Source of the DNA: Elusimicrobiota bacterium
GTDB taxonomy: Bacteria > Elusimicrobiota > Elusimicrobia > UBA1565 > JACRDR01
Assembly (NCBI GenBank): GCA_026388115.1
Contig: JAPLKK010000033.1
Coordinates: forward strand, 2,470-66,469
Direction of reading: 5' to 3'
DNA: 64,000 nucleotides
Within the stretch, counting starts at the first letter, position 1; each line of letters starts with the position of its first letter. Position numbers and translations under genes: made by a program. Below the pieces are notes generated by a model, which saw only the letters and a program-made list of their open reading frames with translations, was not told the origin of the DNA and did not search any database. Below are positions 22,719 to 31,894 of this stretch, piece after piece.

Positions 22719-22848
22719 CGCCGAGAAATATAGCTTACCATTAAGCTACAATAGAAACCTCAGCCCGGTCGACCGCCCCCGAGATTCGGCGGCCGTCGAC
22801 CGCGCGACCTAACCTACAGCCACTACAGCGACGATCACATAATAACCC

Positions 22849-24381
22849 ATGGGAATACTTAGAACCCGCGAGGAATACCTGCCGGTCACGTGCGCCATCT
22901 TGAAGCCTGCGGACCGCGAAGCGTTCTTCTCCGCGATCAGGAAGCAATCGCACGGCAAGCCGGACCAGATCGCGAAGCTCTGCGAGGTCGAGACGGACAT
23001 GGTCAACGATTGGGTCGGCGGCAAATCCAACGTGCCCTACCATTTCCTTCAGATGCTGGCGCATCAATACAACGTTCCTTTGCCGCCGGTCGGGGAGCTG
23101 CGACGCGAATATCTGGCCGTCAGCCAGACCGCGGCGCGACGCGACATCGTCCCCGCCGCGGCGAAGGCCAAGGCGCAGCCTCAAAAAGAGGAGCGCCAAG
23201 GCCGGCGCGAACGCAAGCCGAAGGCCGAGAAGCCGAGGCGCGAGGAGCGTCCCCGGCGCGAGCGCGCGCCGCGAGGCGCGGCCAAGCCCAAGGCCGAACG
23301 GCCGCAGCCGCCGCAGCAGGCGCGCCCACAGCAACAGCAGGCGCAGCCGCCGCAGCCGCAGCAGGCGCACCCGCAGCAACAGCAGCCGCACCCGCAGCCG
23401 CCGCAGAAGAAGGCGCCGAAGGGGAAGGCCGAGCCGAAGGGCCCGCGCGTCCCGGAGCCGTCCGAATCCCTCGCTTATTGGGTCGGCGTGACCATCATGA
23501 CGGCGCAGCGGCAACCAACCGAGCTGGTCATGACGGCCGACCGGCGCATCGGTCAGAATTTCGCCGGCACCTGGGCCAACCTCACCCGCGAGCTGCTCGG
23601 CGTGAGGCCCTTGCTGAAGATGGTGGACAACGGCAAGGCCCAAGAGGCGCGCCTGCCCTGCGAAGGCTTCGAGGAATTCTTCGACCGCCTCGACCTCAAG
23701 CCCGACAGGAAGCCCGGCGAGGCCGGCGTGCCGCGGTGGGCCTGGTCCAACCCGGCGTGGAAGGTCGCGTGCGTGAAGGGGGTCGTGGACGCCTGCGCGC
23801 ATTTCCAGCGCGCCCCCGCGCTCACCCTCCACGCGCTGCCCGAGCGGCTCGCCAAGGCGCTCCAGAAGATGCTCCACGCCATGGGATTCACCGCCGAGGC
23901 GGCGGCCGACGGCACGGTCACCCTGCACGGCGTGGAGCTCTTGGACCGGTATTTCGATAAGATCGGCACCTCGAACATGAAGCTGCGCGACCAGTACAAG
24001 GCCTACAAGAACCCGCACACCGGCGGGCGGCGCCTGGCCGAGGAGGCCGAGAAGGAAGCGGTCGAGGCCGTCGGCCTCGGCCCCGGCACCGAAGAGGACG
24101 CCGAGAAGGACGAGGTGCGCGTCGTCGGCGAGGAGGTCGTGACGGTCGTGACGGCCGACGAGGAAGAGAAGCACGCGCACGAAGAAGAAGTGCTGGAGGC
24201 GGCGGCCGGTCTAGAGGCCAGCCCTGAAGAAAGCAGCGAAGCCGCTCTCGACGCGGCGGCCGCGGCCAAGGCGGCCGCCTCAGCCCAGCCGAGCCGATTC
24301 GGCGAACCGCCGCCGCAGCCCAAGCCGAAGCCGATCCTGCACCGCCGCCGCACCGTCTGGCGCGGCCGCCCGAAGAACTAA
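22849..24381 (+). CDS. HTH + Gln/Pro linker + degenerate LAGLIDADG-like protein
   Basis: HTH-like QIAKLCEVETDMVNDW; LAYWVGVTIMTA and ACVKGVVDACA at LAGLIDADG-like spacing; acidic tail. Confidence 0.6.
   Translation: MGILRTREEYLPVTCAILKPADREAFFSAIRKQSHGKPDQIAKLCEVETDMVNDWVGGKSNVPYHFLQMLAHQYNVPLPPVGELRREYLAVSQTAARRDIVPAAAKAKAQPQKEERQGRRERKPKAEKPRREERPRRERAPRGAAKPKAERPQPPQQARPQQQQAQPPQPQQAHPQQQQPHPQPPQKKAPKGKAEPKGPRVPEPSESLAYWVGVTIMTAQRQPTELVMTADRRIGQNFAGTWANLTRELLGVRPLLKMVDNGKAQEARLPCEGFEEFFDRLDLKPDRKPGEAGVPRWAWSNPAWKVACVKGVVDACAHFQRAPALTLHALPERLAKALQKMLHAMGFTAEAAADGTVTLHGVELLDRYFDKIGTSNMKLRDQYKAYKNPHTGGRRLAEEAEKEAVEAVGLGPGTEEDAEKDEVRVVGEEVVTVVTADEEEKHAHEEEVLEAAAGLEASPEESSEAALDAAAAAKAAASAQPSRFGEPPPQPKPKPILHRRRTVWRGRPKN
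23303..23407 (+). repeat. Coding CAG/CCG low-complexity tandem repeat (PQQ units)
   Basis: ccgcagccgccgcagcaggcg... encoding PQPPQQARPQQQQAQPPQPQQAHPQQQQ. Confidence 0.85.
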
Positions 24382-24390
24382 AGTCTTTCT

Positions 24391-24463
24391 CCCTCTCCCG
24401 CCTAGGGCGGGAGCCTCCGCCGTTCCCCCTCTCCCGCGTTCGGGAGAGGGCAGGGGTGAGGGC
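24391..24463 (+). repeat. Partial plus complete palindromic REP-like elements between convergent genes
   Basis: CCCTCTCCCGCC-TAG-GGCGGGAG, then CCCTCTCCCG-CGTT-CGGGAGAGGG-CAGGGGTGAGGGC. Confidence 0.88.
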
Positions 24464-24475
24464 AAGCGCCGTTTC

Positions 24476-25057
24476 TTACTGCGGCTGTCCCTTCACAAAA
24501 TGCCCGTAGCACACGGACACGTAGCTTTCGTTGCCGCCGATCTGCACCTGCTCCCCTGAGCGCAGCACGCGGCCCTTGTCGTCGACCCGCAGTGTCATCG
24601 TCGCCTTTCGGCCGCAATGGCAGATGGTCTTGATCTCCGTCATCTCCTCCGCCCAGGCAAGAAGGTACTTGCTGCCTTCGAAGGGCTCGCCCATGAAGTC
24701 CGTCCGCAGCCCGTACGCGAGCACCGGCAGCCCCAGTTCAATCGAAATCCGCTTGAGCTGCTCGACCTGCGCCTTCCTCAAGAACTGCGCCTCGTCGATG
24801 AGCACGCAGCGTATCTTGCCGTTGCCCTCGACGGCCTTGGCCACGTGGGCGAAGAAATCGAACTTGTCGTCGAAGGATACCGCGTCCCGGCTGAGGCCGA
24901 TGCGGGAGGTGACCTTGCCCGTTCCGAACCGGGCATCGATGGTGGGAACGAACATCACCGTCGCCATGCCGCGTTCCTGGTAGTTGTAAGCAGACTGGAG
25001 CAGCCACGTGCTCTTCCCTGCGTTCATCGCCGAATAATAGAAGTACAGCTTCGCCAT
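24476..25057 (-). CDS. tdk: Thymidine kinase
   Basis: [51 protein letters not shown]; GGAGG SD. Confidence 0.96.
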   Translation of the reverse strand: MAKLYFYYSAMNAGKSTWLLQSAYNYQERGMATVMFVPTIDARFGTGKVTSRIGLSRDAVSFDDKFDFFAHVAKAVEGNGKIRCVLIDEAQFLRKAQVEQLKRISIELGLPVLAYGLRTDFMGEPFEGSKYLLAWAEEMTEIKTICHCGRKATMTLRVDDKGRVLRSGEQVQIGGNESYVSVCYGHFVKGQPQ

Positions 25058-25333
25058 CGCGCCTCCGACCCGAACGGGCTCGCGCGGATTATACGTTTCC
25101 ATCCGCCTGCTCGGCTAAGGCTCCGTCCCGCCGAACGGTCATGCCTTAGTCAGGCCCCGCCCCGCGGCCCCTCTCTATTGCGCCGCAGTCGCGAATCCAT
25201 GAGGCATTCCCCGTCGAGGCCGGCCCACCATCATCCGAGCGTTGCTTGGTGATATATTTTCGCTGAGACCATCATCGCATCGCATCTTGAGCCAGCGAGG
25301 AGTATGCAGGGTTGTCCAGCGCACTCCTGCGGC

Positions 25334-25362
25334 TTGACTGAAACGCCCCCCTAGCATATGCT
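25334..25362 (+). promoter_or_regulatory. Sigma70-type promoter
   Basis: TTGACT, 17 nt, TATGCT; SD AGGAGGAG before ATG 25392. Confidence 0.65.
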
Positions 25363-25391
25363 CCCTCCCCGTCGTTCCAGGAGGAGCCCCC

Positions 25392-25712
25392 ATGAAATAC
25401 TGGCAACAAGGAGACGTGCTGCTGCGCCCCGTAGAGCCCGATGCGATCCCGGAAGGCAGAGCCGTCAAGCCGGTCGATGGCAGCCTGATCCTCGCGCATG
25501 GAGAGGCGACCGGCCATGCGCATCGCATCAGCGCGATGGACGGTCTCACGCTCATCGATGCCCGAGGCAAAATGTTCCTCCGCGCCGGGGTCCCATTCAC
25601 CATCCTCCACGAGGAACACGGCCCCATCGAGCTGCCTCCCGGCGGATACAAGGTCTCTCGCGTCCTCGAGTATGACTACTGGGCCGAGCGCACCCGCGAG
25701 GTGGCTGATTGA
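25392..25712 (+). CDS. Small His-rich conserved hypothetical protein (QGDV / GEATGHAH / HEEH)
   Basis: Motifs QQGDVLL, LAHGEATGHAH, HEEH, LPPGGY, EYD; strong SD. Confidence 0.85.
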   Translation: MKYWQQGDVLLRPVEPDAIPEGRAVKPVDGSLILAHGEATGHAHRISAMDGLTLIDARGKMFLRAGVPFTILHEEHGPIELPPGGYKVSRVLEYDYWAERTREVAD

Positions 25713-26671
25713 CGACGGCCTGGGTCCGCCATTCGCCGATCATCAAGCGTCTGGCGGGCATCGACCTCGGTCGCGCGGTGCTCGACAAGGAGGCCGCGGA
25801 GAGAGCCCTGAGCGAGCACCTAGACGCGCTCCTCCTGCCTACGCTGCCCGTGCGCTGGGTCGCCAACCCGGCGGCGGGCGGCGTAGAAGCGCATCAATCG
25901 GCGTTGCGGCAGGCCAGGGCCACCGGCAAGAGGGCGGTGCGTCACGCACGCTGGTCGGGCGCCGTCGCCTCCGTCCGCAGGCTCATCCGGACCTTCAAGT
26001 ATCCGGCCGCGACCGAGACGGCACGATATCGGATGCCTCCGCAGGTCCGGATGGTCGCACGCGGCGCCATAGCCGACACGGAGCGCGCGGCGAATTGGAC
26101 GGCGGAAGCGGATGACTTGGCGATCTTGGCCGCCACCGCGCAGGAGCGCGGGGCATTTCTAGAACCGTTCGCGCGCGCCTTCGAGGCGGGGCTCTTCCTG
26201 CTCTGGGTGACTCGCGCCGAGGTCATCGCCTGCCCCCGGCCCGTCGTGCATCTCCTGGCGGGCCGGCCGCACAATCCCGCCGGCCCCGCCATCGAGTGGG
26301 AAGGCGCAGCCCGCTATTGGTTCCTCCACGGTGCCGAGGTGCCCGACGACCTCGTCACCACTCCGGCAGACCAGTTCAATCCCAGGAGAATACTGCACGA
26401 GACGAACGCCGAGGTTCGCAAGGAGATCGCGCGGAAGGTGGGGATGCAAAGGATCGCCAAGGCGTTCGGCACGACAACGATTGACCGGGAAAGCTCCTAT
26501 GAGCTGCTGCTATTAAGGATCGATGGCATGAGGTGCGTGTACCTATCCATGCTCAATCCGAGCACGGGCGAGCGCCACATAGAGGCGGTCCACCCCAGCT
26601 GCCGGTCGGTGGCCGAAGCCTTGGCATGGAGGAACGGAGGGCTGTTCGGGTCCCCCCTTCGCCTGACCTAG
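25709..26671 (+). CDS. DUF6745-like domain protein
   Basis: HNPAGPAIEW..YWFLHG.VP, ETNAEVRK, NPSTGERH..VHP...VAEALAW; TTGA overlap with the upstream gene. Confidence 0.8.
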   Translation: MTTAWVRHSPIIKRLAGIDLGRAVLDKEAAERALSEHLDALLLPTLPVRWVANPAAGGVEAHQSALRQARATGKRAVRHARWSGAVASVRRLIRTFKYPAATETARYRMPPQVRMVARGAIADTERAANWTAEADDLAILAATAQERGAFLEPFARAFEAGLFLLWVTRAEVIACPRPVVHLLAGRPHNPAGPAIEWEGAARYWFLHGAEVPDDLVTTPADQFNPRRILHETNAEVRKEIARKVGMQRIAKAFGTTTIDRESSYELLLLRIDGMRCVYLSMLNPSTGERHIEAVHPSCRSVAEALAWRNGGLFGSPLRLT

Positions 26672-26783
26672 CAATCGGGATCGGCCTCCGGCTCATCCCT
26701 TGAGACCAGCTGGGTCCATTATTGGGCGAAGCTTGCCCGTTCGGCCCAGGTCACTCCACCCGGCCCTCCGTATATTGTCGGGT

Positions 26784-27623
26784 ATGAACTCCTCCTGCCG
26801 TTGGCGCATCCCCTTGGCTCTTGTGTCCATCCTGGCTTGCCTAGCCGCGGCAACGGCACGGGCCGACGACACGGAGTGGCTGACGACCGGGTCAGGCGAG
26901 GATGCGAGCGCCCTCGCAAAGAACCTCACCAGTTCCATGCGCGGCCTCCATCTGACTGCGATGCCAACGGACGCGGCGCAAGCGCAGCCCGACTATCCGG
27001 GTTTCGGCAGCTTCAGCGACGGCTACAGCATGGGCATGCTGAAAGATTTCTCGGTCCGAGGCGTGTTCACGGACTCCGGCGAAGGCGAGCTTTGGCTGGG
27101 CCGGGAGTCCGCCCCCGCCTACCGGGGCTACGGCAAATTCATCAGAGGAATCAATCCTTGGCGGTTCAGCGCGGACCCGGGCAAGGCCTCGCGGATCGCG
27201 CCGTATCGCGGTCAGTACGTCGTGATCAAGTACCACCAAGTCGGCATCTTCAACCCGCTCAAGCGCGGCACGGGTCTTGAACTCGTGGAGATAGCCCCCG
27301 TTGACGGCGCCGCCCGGCCTCAAGAGACGTGCCAGGACGGCGTCAGCGGGCAGCCGGGGGATTTCCAAGCTGCGCGCGTCGTCGACGCCGGCACCAGCGC
27401 GGGACAGGGACCCATCTCCTACTCGATCATGCTCCAACTGGGAGATTCGGGCAAAGCCTTTCGCGATGCGTCCGTGCCGAACGACACGATGTTCCAATGC
27501 GCCTTGCGCTGGCTGAGATCGGGCGATAAGGCCCGGATATGGTACCGGCCGTCCTCCAAGAGAGACCCGCTGGGCCAGGATATGAGCGACATCTGGAAGA
27601 TCGAGCCGCTGCCTGCCCGCTGA
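26784..27623 (+). CDS. Hypothetical exported protein
   Basis: Signal peptide ending ARA; TATATT 7 nt upstream; SMGMLKDFSVRG..SGEGEL segment. Confidence 0.65.
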   Translation: MNSSCRWRIPLALVSILACLAAATARADDTEWLTTGSGEDASALAKNLTSSMRGLHLTAMPTDAAQAQPDYPGFGSFSDGYSMGMLKDFSVRGVFTDSGEGELWLGRESAPAYRGYGKFIRGINPWRFSADPGKASRIAPYRGQYVVIKYHQVGIFNPLKRGTGLELVEIAPVDGAARPQETCQDGVSGQPGDFQAARVVDAGTSAGQGPISYSIMLQLGDSGKAFRDASVPNDTMFQCALRWLRSGDKARIWYRPSSKRDPLGQDMSDIWKIEPLPAR

Positions 27624-27690
27624 CCGACCAGAATCGGATTTCTCGACACGGCGCACGTTAGGTATACTGTCGTCCGCCGCGCCAGATTTT

Positions 27691-27781
27691 GGAGAGGTGC
27701 GTGAGCGGTTGAAACGGACGCTCTCGAAAAGCGTTAGGCGGCAACCCCGCCTCCAGGGTTCGAATCCCTGCCTCTCCGCCA
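27691..27781 (+). tRNA. tRNA-Ser (CGA)
   Basis: GGAGAGG acceptor stem, ACGCT-CT-CGA-AA-AGCGT anticodon arm, long variable arm, GGTTCGAATCC, encoded CCA; TATACT upstream at 27663. Confidence 0.96.
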
Positions 27782-27786
27782 GTTTG

Positions 27787-27819
27787 CCGCCGGCTGACAT
27801 CAGCCGGCGGTTTTGTTTT
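27787..27819 (+). terminator. Rho-independent terminator after tRNA-Ser
   Basis: CCGCCGGCTGA-CA-TCAGCCGGCGG followed by TTTTGTTTT. Confidence 0.85.
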
Positions 27820-29056
27820 GGCGAAGGACTTTGACCGCCAGAACGAGGGCAACGATCACTAGAGCAGCAAGGGCGGCGACGACGAATTTGCCCTCACCCC
27901 CACCCTCTCCCGAAACGCGGGAGAGGGAGACCGGAGGCTTGCCCTCACCCCCCACCCCAGCCCTCCCCCACAAGGGGGGAGGGAGAACGACCCTGAGGGA
28001 GAGTTTAGCGGGTGGACGACCGCTGGCGCGCTGAGTCTTGCGCGCGGCAGGCGGCGCCGCGGCGGGCGGGGCCACAGCCGAGATCTTCATCGGGCCGACG
28101 GAGTCGCGCCCCCCCGCCGCGAGCGCGTCGCCCTCGGGAGAGAACACGAGGCGCTCGATGACCACCGGCCGCCCCGCCTGCGTCCAGCCGTCCGCCTTGC
28201 CCGCCCGCCGGCCCGTGCGGGCATCCGTGAAAAGCACGGCACCTTCCGCGTCGGAGTGGGCCAAGAGGCGGCCGTCGGGAGAGAAGGCGACCGCGTTCGC
28301 CGCGGCGACCGCTCCCGCGTCGCTCTTCCACTCCTCCTTGCGCGCCGAGAAATCCCACAATGCCAACTCCATGCGGGAGCCGCCGTCGCGAAGAAAGACC
28401 AGCTGGGTCCCGGCGGGCGAAAAGACGAGCGCGTGCATCCGCCCTCCCGAGGGAGCTTGGGCCGCGAGCGCGCCGGTGACCGCGTCCCAAACACGCAGGG
28501 ATCCGTCGCGGCAAGCCGCGACTACGATGAGGCCGTCAGGCGAGAAGGCGAAGGCTTCGGTCGCGGCGCACGAGCTTTCCAGCCTGGCGGCGGCCAGCCG
28601 GCGCATGTCGAAGAGCGAGAGCCCTCGGTCCTCCGAGTCCCACAGAAGACGATACCCTTCCGGCGACAAGAGCGCGCGCACCTCGCCTCGGTGCAGACCG
28701 ACATCGAGCGCGCGCTGAGTCCCGGTCGCCATGTCCCAATAGCGCAGGCCGCCCACGCCAGGCAACGGCGAGAGGATGGCGGCCTTGGGATCGGCGGCCA
28801 AGGCGACGAGAAACAGGCTCGCCGGCGCGGCGATCGCCTGCTTCTGCCGGCCCCCGTCCAGGTCCCACAGGCGCACTTCGGAGCCGCTTTCGCCGCCGGC
28901 GGCCGAGACCAGGGAACGGCCGTCCGGAGAGAAAGCGAGGCCCGAGAGCTTACCGCCGCGGCCGGACAGGGTGAGCCGCTCTTTGACAGCCACTTCGGCG
29001 GCCTGAGCCGACGCGGCGAATGCCGCCGTGAGAAACAACAGCGCGCGAAGCCTCAT
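27800..29056 (-). CDS. Exported WD40-repeat protein with a C-terminal TM anchor
   Basis: Signal peptide, repeated AFSPDG...WD blades, C-terminal VVAALAALVIVALVLAV; two palindromic repeats read in-frame before the TM. Confidence 0.85.
   Translation of the reverse strand: MRLRALLFLTAAFAASAQAAEVAVKERLTLSGRGGKLSGLAFSPDGRSLVSAAGGESGSEVRLWDLDGGRQKQAIAAPASLFLVALAADPKAAILSPLPGVGGLRYWDMATGTQRALDVGLHRGEVRALLSPEGYRLLWDSEDRGLSLFDMRRLAAARLESSCAATEAFAFSPDGLIVVAACRDGSLRVWDAVTGALAAQAPSGGRMHALVFSPAGTQLVFLRDGGSRMELALWDFSARKEEWKSDAGAVAAANAVAFSPDGRLLAHSDAEGAVLFTDARTGRRAGKADGWTQAGRPVVIERLVFSPEGDALAAGGRDSVGPMKISAVAPPAAAPPAARKTQRASGRPPAKLSLRVVLPPPLWGRAGVGGEGKPPVSLSRVSGEGGGEGKFVVAALAALVIVALVLAVKVLRQNKTAG
27890..27985 (-). 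repeat. Two palindromic REP-like elements inside the WD40 CDS
   Basis: GCCCTCACCCCCA-CCCTCTCCCG..CGGGAGAGGG and CCCCCACCCCAG-CCCTCCCCC-ACAA-GGGGGGAGGG. Confidence 0.88.
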
Positions 29057-29081
29057 CCGATCACCGCCGCCATTGTAGCAT

Positions 29082-29118
29082 CCCCCCACCCCTCCCCTCC
29101 CCCACAAGGGGGAGGGAG
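29082..29118 (-). repeat. Palindromic REP-like element (variant 2) between divergent genes
   Basis: CCCCCCACCCCTC-CCCTCCCCC-ACAA-GGGGGAGGG. Confidence 0.88.
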
Positions 29119-29150
29119 AATCGAGAGTCAAATTTCGCTATCATCGCGCC

Positions 29151-29672
29151 ATGGCATTCTCGCTACTTCCCAAGGAAGAGAAATTCTTCGAGCTGTTCGA
29201 GACGCAGGCGGCCCACAACGTGGCGGCGGCGCGGGCGTTCAAGGAATTGATGCAGAAGTGGAACCCCGAGTCGGACATCTTCGACAAGCTGCGCGACATC
29301 GAGCACGAGGGCGACATCACGACCCACGAGGTCATCGACCGGCTCAACCGCACTTTCATCACCCCCTTCGACCGCGAGGACATCCACGCGCTGGCCGGCG
29401 AGCTCGACGACATCGTGGACCTGATCCAGTCGGTGTCGGCGCGCATGAAACTGTTCGGCATCGCGGCCATCCCGCCAGACCTCGTCGAGATGGCCGACAT
29501 CCTCGCGCAGTCCACCGAGAACATCCGCAAGGCGATGCATGAGCTCAAGGATTTCTCGAACCCGAGGCGCCTGCTCGATTACTGCATCGAGATCAACCGC
29601 CTCGAGAACGCGGGCGACCTTGCATTCCAGAACGCGGTCGGCCGCCTGTTCGCCAGCAACGCCGGCAAGCCC
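29151..29672 (+). pseudogene. DUF47 / PhoU-like phosphate transport regulator, C-terminally disrupted
   Basis: LLPKEEKFFELF, IEHEGD, TFITPFDREDI, INRLENAGD; recognisable similarity stops at LFASNAGKP. Confidence 0.8.
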
Positions 29673-29791
29673 TGGCACGGCAACCAGGGGTGCTTCGCCC
29701 CGGACAGTTCAAACCAGATCCTCCGCACCATGAAAAACACCTTCTCTCACTCCCCCACCCCCACGTTGGGGAGATTATTTCTCGCGGTGAG

Positions 29792-30688
29792 ACGGTCGTT
29801 TCCACCCGCGTGCTTTCCCCTCGCGCGGCGGTGATATGGGCCGCGTTCTTCAACTTCATCGCCTTCCTCATCTTCCCGCTGCACGTGGCCAACACCGTCG
29901 GCAAGGGGATCGTGGACCCGGCGATCGTCGACAGCGCGGTCATCGCCGCGACGCTCGTCGGCGCATGCGTCTGGGACCTCTGGACGTGGTACGCCGGACT
30001 GCCGACCAGCTCCTCGCACGCCCTGATCGGGGGCTTTATCGGCGCGGCGCTCGTAAAGGTCGGCCCAAGCGCGCTCGTCCTGCCCGGCATCGAGAAGACG
30101 GTCGCATTCATGATCCTAGCGCCCTTGCTGGGCATGGCAGCCGCCTCGGTCATCGGCGTGGCGAACTACTGGATCTTCCGCAATGCGAGCCCCGGCCGCG
30201 TCGACCATATTTTCCGCAAGGGACAGCTTCTCTCGGCTGCGCTCTACAGCCTTGGCCACGGAGGCAACGACGCGCAAAAGACCATGGGCGTCATCTCGAT
30301 CCTGCTGTTCTCCGCCGGCCTGCTCGGCCCGAAGTTCTACGTACCGCTCTGGGTCGTGCTCTCCTGCCACGCGGCGATGGGCCTGGGCACGATGTTCGGC
30401 GGCTGGCGCATCGTGAAGACGATGGGCCAGCGGGTCGCGAAGCTGCGGCCCTTCGACGGATGTTGCGCCGAGACGGGCGGCGCCTTGACTCTGTATCTGG
30501 CCTCCGCCCTAGGCGTGCCGGTGAGCACGACTCATACCATCACGGGCGGCATCATGGGCGTGGGGGCGCTCCGGCGCTTCTCGGCGGTCAAGTGGGACGT
30601 GGGCGGCCGCATCGTGTGGGCGTGGATCCTCACCATCCCCGCCTCGGCGCTGGTGTCGGCCGCGTGCTACTGGGCAATCGCTAGATAA
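29792..30688 (+). pseudogene. PiT-family inorganic phosphate transporter, N-terminus missing
   Basis: TVVSTRVL, GLPTSSSHALIGG, GHGGNDAQK, PVSTTH are present; first TM and NGxHDxAN signature are absent. Confidence 0.82.
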
Positions 30689-30689
30689 T

Positions 30690-30725
30690 CCCCCCACCCC
30701 GACCCTCCCCCACAAGGGGGGGGGG
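30690..30725 (-). repeat. Palindromic REP-like element fused to the truncated downstream gene
   Basis: CCCCCCACCCCGA-CCCTCCCCC-ACAA followed by a G10 run. Confidence 0.85.
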
Positions 30726-31886
30726 CGCGCCTGCGCCTTCGATCTATTGCGCAATCCGGACACGGAGTCGGTCCTCCTCGCCGACAGTTCGGCCGAAAAC
30801 CTGGCCTCCGCGAAATCGTGGCTGAAGACCGCCAAGGTGGAGACCGTCCGCGTCGACGCCGGCGACACCAAACGCATTGCCGAGCTGGCGCGCGGCAAAG
30901 ACGTGCTCATCAGCTGCGTCCCCTATTTCTTCAACCTCGAGCTGGCGAAAGCCGCGATCCACGCGAAGACGAATTTCATCGATCTCGGCGGCAATACGGA
31001 CATCGTCTTGAAGGAACTGGCGCTCACGAGCCAAGCCGAGAAGGCCGGCGTGACCCTGCTACCCGACGTGGGGCTCGGCCCGGGCATGCTCTCGACCATC
31101 GCGGCCCACGGCATCAGCCAGCTCGACAAGACCGACGAGGTGCATCTGCGCGACGGCGGCCTGCCGCAGAAACCGCGGCCGCCCATGAACTACCTGCTGA
31201 CCTTCTCGGAGCACGGGCTGATCAACGAGTACGTCGAGGACGCCTACGCCATCCGCGACTACAAGCGGGTCAAGGTGCCGGGCCTCTCCGAGGTCGAGGA
31301 GATCGACGTGCCGACTTTGGGCCGCTGCGAGGCGGCGCACGCCTCGGGCGGGCTCTCGACCTTGGCCCACACCTACGAGGGCAAGATCCGCACGATGGAC
31401 AACAAGCTCATCCGCTATCCGGGGCACATCGGCATCATCAACGCGATGAACGCGATGGGGTTCTTCGGCACCGAGAAGATCGCCTTGAGCGGCGGGAGCC
31501 TCAAGCCGCGCGATCTCAGCGCGAAGCTCTTCCGCCAGCACTTCGAGCGGCCCGCCGACAAGGACCTCGTCATCATCCACAGCACGGTCCGCGGCGTCAA
31601 GGACGGCCGGAAAGCCGAGGTCGTCTACGACATGCTCGACTACTACGACGACAAGAAGAAGATGACCGCCATGATGCGCACGACGGGATTCCCGGCCGCC
31701 ATCGTCGCCCAGATGCTGGCCTCCAAGGTCATCAACAAGCCCGGCGCCTTCCCGGTCGAGCTCGGCATCCCGCCGGAGCCGTTCTTCGCCGAGATGCACA
31801 AGCGCGGCTTCAACCTGTCCTGGAAGCTGAGCTTCCCCGAGGGCGCCGCCGCCAAGCCTCACCCGCACGCCAAGGCGGCGGCTTAA
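30723..31886 (+). CDS. Saccharopine/lysine 6-dehydrogenase family protein, 5'-truncated
   Basis: [51 protein letters not shown]; start codon and most of the GxGxxG motif are missing. Confidence 0.85.
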   Translation, partial: GRACAFDLLRNPDTESVLLADSSAENLASAKSWLKTAKVETVRVDAGDTKRIAELARGKDVLISCVPYFFNLELAKAAIHAKTNFIDLGGNTDIVLKELALTSQAEKAGVTLLPDVGLGPGMLSTIAAHGISQLDKTDEVHLRDGGLPQKPRPPMNYLLTFSEHGLINEYVEDAYAIRDYKRVKVPGLSEVEEIDVPTLGRCEAAHASGGLSTLAHTYEGKIRTMDNKLIRYPGHIGIINAMNAMGFFGTEKIALSGGSLKPRDLSAKLFRQHFERPADKDLVIIHSTVRGVKDGRKAEVVYDMLDYYDDKKKMTAMMRTTGFPAAIVAQMLASKVINKPGAFPVELGIPPEPFFAEMHKRGFNLSWKLSFPEGAAAKPHPHAKAAA

Positions 31887-31894
31887 CGCGCGAC

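Noticed and set aside
25060-27781. Prophage or island integrated at tRNA-Ser
   Set aside because: The accessory genes lie on the 5' side of the tRNA, and no integrase or duplicated tRNA end was seen.
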